NCBI GenBank assembly: GCA_965116565.1
Contig: OZ220699.1
Coordinates: forward strand, 2,442,858 to 2,506,857
DNA from: Dehalococcoidia bacterium
Lineage (GTDB): Bacteria > Chloroflexota > Dehalococcoidia > Lucifugimonadales > UBA3495
Length of the DNA stretch: 64,000 bases
Direction of reading: 5' to 3'
Position 1 is the stretch's first letter. Every line of letters begins with the position of its first letter. The translations under genes and the position numbers were made by a program. Below, in pieces: positions 18,359-26,393 of this stretch. Below the pieces are notes generated by a model, which was not told the origin of the DNA, ran no database searches, and was given only the letters and a program-made list of their open reading frames with translations.

Positions 18359-18943
18359 ATGTTTACCGGAATCGTTGAGGAGGTCGGCCGGGTTTCCAGC
18401 CTGACCGACTACCGCCTGGTCCTGAACGCCGAAAAGGTTCTCTCGGACGCCAAAGTCGGCGACAGTATTTCCGTCAACGGCGCGTGCCTCACCGTGGTGG
18501 AGTTTGACGCCGCCGGCTTTTCCGTCGACCTTGCTCCAGAGACCCTCCGTCGCACCTCGTTGGGCCAGGCCGGAAACGGCTCAGCCGTCAACTTGGAGCG
18601 CGCGCTGTCCGCCAACGACCGCATGGGCGGCCACATCGTGCAGGGGCATGTCGATGGCGCCGGTACCATCACCGCCCTCACTCCCGAGGCCGACTGCTAC
18701 ATCATGGAGATCGAAGCGCCGGAATCCCTGCTCCCTTACATCGTAGATAAGGGGTTCATCGCGGTTGACGGAATCAGTCTTACGGTGGTACAAAGAATCG
18801 ACTCCCGTTTCACGATCTCGGTCATTCCGTTCACGATGCAGAACACCAACTTGCACGAACGAACGGTGGGGGACCGGGTTAATCTTGAAGCGGATATTTT
18901 GGCTAAATACGTGGAAAGCCTCCTCCAATCCAGGTTGGATTGA
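18359..18943 (+). CDS. ribE: Riboflavin synthase (alpha chain)
   Basis: MFTGIVEEVG...GDSISVNGACLTV...NLERAL...GGHIVQGHVDG...SLTV repeat structure. Confidence 0.92.
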   Translation: MFTGIVEEVGRVSSLTDYRLVLNAEKVLSDAKVGDSISVNGACLTVVEFDAAGFSVDLAPETLRRTSLGQAGNGSAVNLERALSANDRMGGHIVQGHVDGAGTITALTPEADCYIMEIEAPESLLPYIVDKGFIAVDGISLTVVQRIDSRFTISVIPFTMQNTNLHERTVGDRVNLEADILAKYVESLLQSRLD

Positions 18944-18975
18944 CTTTCCGGGCCGGTATTGGAAATCGCTGACGG

Positions 18976-19617
18976 ATGCGCTTGGCCAGCATCGAACAGG
19001 GTCTCTCTGACCTGAGAATCGGCAAGTTCCTCATCGTGGTCGATGACGAAGATCGCGAAAATGAGGGCGATCTGGTCATGCCGGCTGAACATGTTACCGC
19101 CGAGTCCGTCAATTTCATGGTCACCCACGCCCGCGGGCAACTGTGCATGCCCATGACGGCCGAGCGTCTGGACGAATTGGATATCCCGCTTTTGCCCAGC
19201 CGCAATTCCGATTCTGATCTGCCCACCGCCTTCACCATGCCGGTGGACTACGCCATCGATACCTCCACCGGCATCTCCGCCGGGGACCGGGCTGCGACCA
19301 TCCGCGCCCTCATCGATCCGGCATCCCGCCCCCAGGACTTCATTCAGCCCGGCCACCTGTTTCCGTTGCGCTACCACGCGGGTGGCGTCCTCGTCCGCCC
19401 CGGCCACACTGAAGCCATCATCGACCTGTGCCGCCTGGCCGGCCTGTACCCCGCCGGCGTGGTCTGCGAGATCATGAAAGAAGACGGCAGCATGGCACGC
19501 CTCCCGGATCTGATCCCCATGGCGAGGGATTTCTCGCTCAATATCCTCTCCATCGCGGACCTCATCGCTTACCGTCGAATACACGACCCCGCCGCAGCGG
19601 ACTCGCCGGCCAATTGA
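18976..19617 (+). CDS. ribB: 3,4-dihydroxy-2-butanone-4-phosphate synthase (stand-alone)
   Basis: FLIVVDDEDRENEGDLVMPAE...FMVTHARG...STGISAGDRA...PGHLFPL...RPGHTEA. No GTP cyclohydrolase II domain. Confidence 0.88.
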   Translation: MRLASIEQGLSDLRIGKFLIVVDDEDRENEGDLVMPAEHVTAESVNFMVTHARGQLCMPMTAERLDELDIPLLPSRNSDSDLPTAFTMPVDYAIDTSTGISAGDRAATIRALIDPASRPQDFIQPGHLFPLRYHAGGVLVRPGHTEAIIDLCRLAGLYPAGVVCEIMKEDGSMARLPDLIPMARDFSLNILSIADLIAYRRIHDPAAADSPAN

Positions 19618-19711
19618 CCGGCTGTCAGGGCGGCCCGCCTCGTACCGACCCCGTCAACCGATGCTGAAGAGCCCACTTACGCCGCAAACCTGATCAAATT
19701 CCGGAGGAACG

Positions 19712-20944
19712 ATGCCCCTGTGTAGCCTCGAAGAGGCGCTGGAAGACCTTTCTTCTGGAAAGCTCATCATCGTCGTCGATGACGAAAATCGGGAAAATGA
19801 AGGCGACCTGTTCCTTTTCGCAGAGCACGCCACCCCTGCCGCCGTCAACTTCATGGTCACCCATGCCCGCGGTCTGGTCTGCGTGCCAATGTCGGGAGAG
19901 CGCCTGGAGGAACTCCGCATCCCCCTCCTCCGCAGCCGCAACTCCAATTCCTCCCAACCCACGGCTTTCACAACCTCCGTGGACTACAAGCCCGGCACGT
20001 CAACCGGCGTCTCCGCGTACGACCGCAGCGCGACCATCCGGGCCTTGATCGATCCCGATTCCCAACCCGGGGATTTCATACACCCGGGCCATCTGTTCCC
20101 GTTGCGCGCCAACCCCGGGGGCGTTCTTCGACGGCCCGGCCACACCGAGGCCATGATTGACCTGTGCCGGAGGGCCGGCGCGTACCCGGCCGGGGTCATC
20201 TGCGAGATCATGAACCCGGACGGAACCATGTCCCGTCTGCCCGAGCTTGAAAAATTCGCCGCCAGGCACGACCTCAAGATATTCAGCATCGCCCAACTGA
20301 TCGCCCACCGGCGCATGAACGAATCCCTGGTAACCCGCGTGGCCGAGGCCAACCTGCCCACCCAATACGGTATCGCGCGCATCATCGGCTACAACAGCAC
20401 GATCGACAGCGGTGAACACGCCGCTCTGGTGGTCGGTGAGTGGCAGCCTGGCGATGAAGTTCTGGTCAGGGTCCATAGCGAATGTCTCACCGGCGACGCG
20501 TTCGGAAGCCTGAAGTGCGACTGCGGTGAACAGCTGGATATGGCGATCCGCATGATGTTCGAAGACGGTTGCGGCGCCCTTATCTACCTCCGTCAGGAGG
20601 GCCGTGGCATCGGCCTCCATAACAAGATCCGGGCCTACGCCCTGCAGGACCACGGCTTGGACACCATCGAGGCGAACGTTGCTCTGGGGTTCCAGCCCGA
20701 CGAACGCAAATACGACCTGGCCGTCCAGATCATGCACGATTTGAACATCAACCGCGCCCGCCTGGTGACTAACAATCCCCACAAGATGGCTGGCATCAGT
20801 GGATTGGGCGTCGAGGTCACCGACCGCGTCAGCCTCACCGTGCCCACCAACGAGCTCAACGAAGGCTACATGCGGACCAAGCGCGAGCACATGGGGCACC
20901 TGATCTCGCCCCTCCAGGCCAGCCCGCCTGACGCAACCGACTAG
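19712..20944 (+). CDS. ribBA: Bifunctional DHBP synthase / GTP cyclohydrolase II
   Basis: N-terminal DHBP synthase domain paralogous to the preceding gene. C-terminal GCH II domain with VRVHSECLTGDAFGSLKCDCGEQL and YLRQEGRGIGL. Confidence 0.92.
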   Translation: MPLCSLEEALEDLSSGKLIIVVDDENRENEGDLFLFAEHATPAAVNFMVTHARGLVCVPMSGERLEELRIPLLRSRNSNSSQPTAFTTSVDYKPGTSTGVSAYDRSATIRALIDPDSQPGDFIHPGHLFPLRANPGGVLRRPGHTEAMIDLCRRAGAYPAGVICEIMNPDGTMSRLPELEKFAARHDLKIFSIAQLIAHRRMNESLVTRVAEANLPTQYGIARIIGYNSTIDSGEHAALVVGEWQPGDEVLVRVHSECLTGDAFGSLKCDCGEQLDMAIRMMFEDGCGALIYLRQEGRGIGLHNKIRAYALQDHGLDTIEANVALGFQPDERKYDLAVQIMHDLNINRARLVTNNPHKMAGISGLGVEVTDRVSLTVPTNELNEGYMRTKREHMGHLISPLQASPPDATD

Positions 20945-21067
20945 ATCATTACCCGGACGCCGTCCAAAACCGTGTAGGGGCAGGTTGCGTACCTGCCCCC
21001 GCGTTTTGATGCGCGAGCATTCCTTGGAACGGGATACTCGTCAGAACGGGATACTCGTCAGAACCGG

Positions 21068-22172
21068 TTACTCGCCACCCAGCTTGCTCACCAAGTACGC
21101 CTCGATGAAACCGTCGATCCCGCCGGCCAGCACCGCGTCCGTATTCCCTGATTGGTAATCCGTCCGGTGGTCCTTCACCGACTTGTACGGATGCAAAACG
21201 TAGCTGCGTATCTGGTTGCCCCATTCGGCCGACACCCGCTCGCCCCGTATGCTCGAAAGTTCCTGCTCTCGTTCCGCCTCCCTCAACGCCAGCAGCTTCG
21301 CCCGCAGGATCCGCATCGCGTAGTCCCGGTTCTGGTGCTGCGATCGCTCGGTCTGACACGAAACGACGATGCCCGAGGGCGTGTGCGTCAACCGAACCGC
21401 CGACGCCACCTTTTGCACGTTCTGTCCGCCGGGCCCGCTGGAGCGGAAAAAGTCCATCTTGAGGTCTTCCGGCCTGATCTCCACCTCCGCGTCGTCATCC
21501 ACCACCGCGGGCAGGACCTCCACCCGCGCGAACGATGTTTGTCGTCGCCGCGCCGGGTCGAACGGCGACATCCTCACCAGCCGGTGTACCCCCACCTCCG
21601 CGTTCAGGAAACCGAAAGCGTGTTGCCCGCCTATCTCCATCGTGCTCGTGCGCAGGCCGGCTTCGTCGCCGTACGCCGTGTCCAGCACCTGCACCGGTCG
21701 GCCGTCGGTGGAAGCCCAGCCGGCGTACATCCCTGTCAGCATCTCCACCCAGTCGTGTGAGTCAGTGCCCCCGGCGCCTGAATGTATCGTGAGGATGGCC
21801 GGTCGGTCGTCGTAGGGCCCCGACAGCGTCAACTCCATCTCGGCTCGCGCCAGGCGGTTGCCCACGTCGTCGGCCTCGGCGGTCAGCTCATCTTCCAGGC
21901 TGTCGTCGTCGTTCTCGATGGCAAGCTCGGTCAGTTCCGCCAGGTCGGCAACTTGCGATTGCAGCCCCCTCCACAACTCCACCGACTGCTGGAGCCGGCC
22001 CAGTTCCTGCATCTTGCGTTGCGCCGATCCAGGGTCATCCCAGAATCCGGCAGCGGCAGCCTCAGTCTCCAGTTCGGAAATGGATTTCTCCCTGCCGGCG
22101 AGGTCAAAGCCGCTCCACGACCGCGTCCAACTTGACGGCCATTTCGGCAAGTCGCTGGCTGAGTTCATCCAT
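21068..22172 (-). CDS. prfB: Peptide chain release factor 2, requires programmed +1 frameshift (22172..22107 joined to 22105..21068)
   Basis: Frame 0 reads MDELSQRLAEMAVKLDAVVERL then CTT TGA C. The +1 frame continues DLAGREKSISELE... to the RF2 body with the SPF and GGQ motifs. The track ORF (21068-22168) is the +1 frame only. Confidence 0.9.
22103..22109 (-). promoter_or_regulatory. RF2 autoregulatory +1 frameshift site CUU UGA C
   Basis: Sense sequence GTGGAGCGG CTT TGA C. The SD-like GGAG lies 3 nt upstream of CTT, the same layout as the E. coli prfB shift site. Confidence 0.85.
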
Positions 22173-22353
22173 TTCTACCACTCCACTGTGTCGCAGCGGG
22201 TTTGCGCTGCTGAATTGCGGGAACAATTATACATCCACGCCCGGCTGACGAATCCTGCCCGGCATCGCCCGAACCGCCCGGTCAAACACGATGGGCTATA
22301 ATGATTTCGTGCTTATTTGTAACCCCTAATCGTTCGCAGGCAGGTAGCTTTCC

Positions 22354-24120
22354 ATGCTCGACCACGGAACCCCCGAACACGCCGTCGACAACCCCATCGA
22401 ATCGTTGCGCCATCGGATGCGCCACTCGGCCGCCCACGTCATGGCCGACGCCGTCCTGCAACTGTTCCCAGAGGCCAAGGTCGCCATCGGCCCGCCCACT
22501 GCCGACGGTTTCTACTACGATTTCGAGGTCGAGCGCCCCTTCACGCCTGAGGATCTGGAGCGCATCGAAGCCTTGATGCTCGAGACCATCAAGTCTGACA
22601 CGCCGTTCTTGCGCGAAGAACTCAACCGCGAATCCGCCCAGAGCATGTTCTCAACGCAGCCATTCAAGCAGGAGATCATCGACGACCTCCCCGACGAGAC
22701 CACGCTCAGCATCTACCGCCATGGCGAGTTCACCGACCTCTGCCAGGGGCCTCACGTTGCCAGCACCGGCGAAATCACCGCCGTCAAGCTCCTGCACACC
22801 GCCGGAGCCTACTGGCGTGGTGACGAAAACCGCCCCATGCTCCAGCGAATCTATGGCACCGCCTTCGAATCCCAGTCCGAACTTGAGGCCCACCTTGAGC
22901 GCCTCGCCGAGGCCGAACGCCGCGACCACCGCACCCTCGGACGCCAACTGAACCTGTTCACCGTTCACGACGAGATCGGCCCCGGCCTCATCGTCTGGCA
23001 CCCCAGGGGTGGTGTCATGCGCTCCCTCATCGAGGACTACTGGCGTGACATCCACTACCGCCGCGGCTACAACATCGTTTACTCCCCCCACATCGGGCGC
23101 GCCCGCCTCTGGCAGACCAGCGGCCACCTCGATTTCTACCGCGACAGCATGTATGCCCCCATGGAAATCGACGGACAGGAATACTTCCTCAAGCCGATGA
23201 ACTGCCCGTTCCACATCCAGATTTATCGCTCCGCCCTGCGCAGCTACCGCGAGTTACCCCTCCGCATCGCCGAGCTTGGCACCGTCTATCGCTACGAGCG
23301 CAGCGGCGTCCTCCACGGTCTCATGCGCGTCCGCGGATTCACCCAGGACGACGCCCACATCTTCTGCCTGCCGGACCAGGTCGCCGCAGAGGTGGGGGAC
23401 GTCCTCGACCTCACCTTCGAAATAATGGCGGCGTTCGGGTTCGACGAGTATGACATTATGTTGTCCACTCGACCCGAGAAATACGTAGGCGAACCCGAAA
23501 TGTGGGACCACGCCACCGAGTCGCTGCGCCAGGCGCTGGTCGAGCGCGGCCTCGACTACGGCATCGACGAGGGCGGCGGGGCCTTCTACGGCCCCAAGAT
23601 CGACATCAAGATCAAGGATGCCCTCGGCCGCGACTGGCAGTGCACTACCGTCCAGTTCGACTTCAACCTCCCCGAGCGGTTCGGCCTGGTCTACCAGGAC
23701 GAGCAGGGCAACCGCGTGCAGCCCTACATGGTCCACCGCGCCATCCTGGGCTCCCTGGAGCGTTTCTTCGGCGTACTCGTCGAGCACTACGCCGGGGCTT
23801 TCCCCCTGTGGCTGTCCCCCGTTCAGGCCGTCGTCATCCCCATCGCCGACCGTCACAACGAGTACGCCGAACAGGTCGCCAGCCAACTCCGCGACGCCGG
23901 CTTCCGGATCGAGGTCGACGACCGCAGCGAGCGCATGAACCAGAAGATCCGCCAGGCTCAACTCCAGAAAACCCCCTACATGCTCGTCGTCGGAGATCGC
24001 GAGGCCGACGCCAACGCCGCCGCCGTCCGCACCCGCGACGGCGACAACCACGGCGCAATGCCCCTCAGCGACGTTCAAGCCATGCTCACCGCCGACCTCA
24101 AAGGCACCCCGGCAGGTTAA
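22354..24120 (+). CDS. thrS: Threonine--tRNA ligase (lacks the N-terminal TGS domain)
   Basis: Editing-domain HSAAHVMA, class II catalytic motifs (FLKPMNCPFH, YRYERSGVLHGLMRVRGFTQDDAHIF) and an anticodon-binding C-terminus. Confidence 0.92.
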   Translation: MLDHGTPEHAVDNPIESLRHRMRHSAAHVMADAVLQLFPEAKVAIGPPTADGFYYDFEVERPFTPEDLERIEALMLETIKSDTPFLREELNRESAQSMFSTQPFKQEIIDDLPDETTLSIYRHGEFTDLCQGPHVASTGEITAVKLLHTAGAYWRGDENRPMLQRIYGTAFESQSELEAHLERLAEAERRDHRTLGRQLNLFTVHDEIGPGLIVWHPRGGVMRSLIEDYWRDIHYRRGYNIVYSPHIGRARLWQTSGHLDFYRDSMYAPMEIDGQEYFLKPMNCPFHIQIYRSALRSYRELPLRIAELGTVYRYERSGVLHGLMRVRGFTQDDAHIFCLPDQVAAEVGDVLDLTFEIMAAFGFDEYDIMLSTRPEKYVGEPEMWDHATESLRQALVERGLDYGIDEGGGAFYGPKIDIKIKDALGRDWQCTTVQFDFNLPERFGLVYQDEQGNRVQPYMVHRAILGSLERFFGVLVEHYAGAFPLWLSPVQAVVIPIADRHNEYAEQVASQLRDAGFRIEVDDRSERMNQKIRQAQLQKTPYMLVVGDREADANAAAVRTRDGDNHGAMPLSDVQAMLTADLKGTPAG

Positions 24121-24150
24121 GAGAGCCAATAGTTTCAGAGGAGCCAAAAT

Positions 24151-24453
24151 ATGGCCATATTCAGAACCGACGGCCAGAGGCCCAAAGCAACGGTTACGAC
24201 GCACCAGGCTACTCCGGAAGAGCTCGCTCATTGGCGAGACTCCGTTGCCCGCTCCGAACGCCTCCGGGCAATGCGCCCCGAGCTGATCAAGAAATACCCC
24301 GATAAGTGGGTTGCGCTGACTGAGAACTGGGTGCTTGTGGTTGCAGACTCAGTGGAAGAGCGGAGAAAAAAGATCGAGGAACTTGGCGAACATCCGGGCT
24401 TCGCTGCGCGGGAGTTTTTGAACACCAAGCCACGCCCTCGAATAATTCTATGA
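24151..24453 (+). CDS. Small DUF5678-like protein (100 aa)
   Basis: GAGGAG RBS. The core YPDKWVALTENWVLVVADSVEE resembles the DUF5678 family as I recall it. ATGA overlap with the next gene. Confidence 0.5.
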   Translation: MAIFRTDGQRPKATVTTHQATPEELAHWRDSVARSERLRAMRPELIKKYPDKWVALTENWVLVVADSVEERRKKIEELGEHPGFAAREFLNTKPRPRIIL

Positions 24454-24863
24454 TTACCGGCTATTTCGCTCCGGATGGCAGCCCTCGCATGATGGTGCGG
24501 GTGCATCTACCGAGGCTTGGCATACTCGGGGGCGTTGATTTTCTGATTGACACCGGAACCGATACTACTGTCCTTCATCCAACTGACGCGGATGACTTGC
24601 ACTGCCCCTTTGACGAACTGTCCAACCCGTCAGTCTCCACCAGCGTGGGCGGGCCACACACTTACTACGCCGAAAGCGCAGTAGTATCGCTTTACGATGG
24701 CGAAACCCGCCATGACCTCCGTGTGGACATCCACATCGGCAAGCCACACCCCGTGACCAACGGCCTGGACTCACTGCTCGGGCGCGACGTGCTGAACGAG
24801 TTGGATATGCAATATGCTCCACGGCGCGGCCAGTTGGTCTTCTCGCTGGATGGAGAACCGTAG
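24450..24863 (+). CDS. Retropepsin-like (clan AA) aspartic protease, 137 aa
   Basis: Catalytic FLIDTGTDTTVL (D-T-G) and a late SLLGRDVL motif. Single-domain size implies a homodimer. Confidence 0.7.
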   Translation: MITGYFAPDGSPRMMVRVHLPRLGILGGVDFLIDTGTDTTVLHPTDADDLHCPFDELSNPSVSTSVGGPHTYYAESAVVSLYDGETRHDLRVDIHIGKPHPVTNGLDSLLGRDVLNELDMQYAPRRGQLVFSLDGEP

Positions 24864-24880
24864 CCGCGCCGCCTAACTCC

Positions 24881-25744
24881 CTACTGCGCCAACTCCCTCA
24901 GCGCCCCCACGTAGTCCCCGCCTCCGCCGTATCCCTTGCGGAACGTGATGACCCCATGCGAATCCATGGCGATCATCGACGATTGGCTGGTGATCCTCAG
25001 GTCCGCCAGCATCGAACCTAGCGGCTGCGTGGAGATCATGTCGGAGTAACCGTTTTCTACGACGTACTGTTCCAGGCGGCTCGCGCTTTCGCTGAACGAC
25101 ACCAGGTAGAAATCGACCTTATCTGCGTTTTCGGTAACAACTGGGGCAAGCGACCGTAACTCGGCGCGGCAGGTTGGTCACCAGGTCGCGAAGTACATCA
25201 TGAACGCCGGTTTACCCGCAGCGGTCAGGTCCGCCAGCGCCACCGGTGTCCCGTCCGTCCGCTCCATCGTGAACGCCGGCGGAATCTCCCCAACGTTCGT
25301 CCCCTCCGGCGCGGCCGGCACGGATTCGGTGGGAGGTGGAGCCATCGTAGCCGCTTCAGTTGGAGGCGCCGCGGCCGCCGTGGGTGCGGCTGTTGGTGCC
25401 GAGGGTGCCTCGGTAGCCACTGCTGGTGGTGGCGGCGCCTGCGATTGGCCCCCGGCCGGCGCTGTCGTGTTGGTCGGCGCCGGCGCGGCAACGGCAGCGG
25501 TCGTCTCAGTGGGAACCGCCGGCGCTTCTGTCGCCGAGGCCGCCGGCGGAGCCGATTCCGTCGCCGACTCCATCATGGCCGTCGGAGCGTCGGTGGGCAA
25601 CGCGACCTCGGTTGCCTGCGACGCTGCGGGTTGCTCCGGTGCCGCCGGCGGAGGTGGCGGAGACGGTTCTGACCCGCACGCCGATAGAAACGCGACCATT
25701 CCGGCCGCGATTGTGACAGCGAATATTCCGTGAATCTTTCTCAT
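24881..25744 (-). CDS. TlpA/thioredoxin-like lipoprotein, predicted selenoprotein (Sec codon TGA at 25178-25180)
   Basis: Track fragments 25178-25744 and 24881-25102 are in one frame across a TGA. Read-through gives FMMYFATW-U-PTC-RAELRSLAPVV...FYLVSF...ITFRKGYG, a thioredoxin fold. Lipobox AFLSAC, and a long Ala/Pro/Thr linker. Confidence 0.8.
25150..25167 (-). promoter_or_regulatory. Candidate bacterial SECIS hairpin for the 24881-25744 gene
   Basis: It starts 10 nt after the TGA: GCGCCG-AGUUA-CGG(U)CGC. A hairpin of the same geometry follows the paralog's TGA. Confidence 0.65.
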
Positions 25745-25787
25745 TTCGTCAGGCCTTCGGCGTCAACGACGCCGCACACTATCCTCA

Positions 25788-26393
25788 TCAACTTGGCAGT
25801 TGCAAGTCTTGCTGTCTCTGGTCTTTTTGCCGTTGAATTTCAACCTCCGGCGGTATGGCCATCGGGTCGGCGGTCAGCGCTCCGAAGTACGGCTCCCAGG
25901 TCGCCGCGCTGCCCATCACCTGCCGGTGGTAGATCATCCCGTTCCCGTTCACCGCCATCATCGCCATTTGCCGGGTGACCTGCAGGTCCGCCAGCATTGT
26001 GCCGACGGGTTCGGCGGGTATTACGTCGGTGTAACCATGCTCCTCAATATATTCGGCAATCTCGTCGACTGACTCGTTGTACGAAACAACGTAGAAGTCA
26101 AGGCCGGGGTATTTCGATGCGATGGGATCCAGCGTCTGCAACTCAGCGCGGCACTCGGGTCACCAGGTTGCGAACCAGAAAAGGTGCGCCGCCTGGTTGT
26201 CGTCCACTATGTCCTTGAGCGATACCTCGGTGCCGTCCTCCAGCGTCATCGCAAACGGCGGCGACGTGTTCCCAACCTCTATGCCCGCAACCCCGACGGC
26301 CGGGCCGTCCGAGGCCGGCGCGCAGGCCAGCGCCACCAGCAACATCAGCGTTGCCAACGCTCCGGCCCACACATGTCGCGGCATTGTCGCCAT
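25788..26393 (-). CDS. TlpA/thioredoxin-like lipoprotein, predicted selenoprotein (Sec codon TGA at 26160-26162)
   Basis: Track fragments 26160-26393 and 25788-26141 are in one frame across a TGA. Read-through gives HLFWFATW-U-PEC-RAELQTLDPIASKYPGLDFYVVSY...MIYHRQ. Lipobox LLVALAC. Confidence 0.8.
26132..26149 (-). promoter_or_regulatory. Candidate bacterial SECIS hairpin for the 25788-26393 gene
   Basis: It starts 10 nt after the TGA: GCGCUG-AGUUG-CAG(A)CGC. Relative to the paralog, the inner stem C-G pair is replaced by U-A. Confidence 0.65.

Noticed and set aside
18944-19711. FMN (RFN) riboswitch in the gaps around ribB/ribBA or before dcd/ribD
   Set aside because: The gaps are only 33 nt and 94 nt, and dcd-ribD overlap. 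None of the sequences resembles the conserved RFN core.
20949-21359. 136-aa minus-strand track ORF downstream of ribBA
   Set aside because: It overlaps the 3' part of prfB in another frame. It has a low-complexity Ala/Gly/Arg-rich composition and no RBS.
22173-22353. T-box leader upstream of thrS
   Set aside because: The whole intergenic region is 181 nt and is shared with the divergent prfB promoter. Only about 50 nt lie between the TATAAT box and the start codon, too short for a T-box.
25788-25790. The terminal stop of selenoprotein 2 is also TGA, a possible second Sec codon
   Set aside because: Reading through adds only 7 codons (EDSVRRR) before the next TGA. It has no domain continuation and no SECIS-like hairpin at the right offset.
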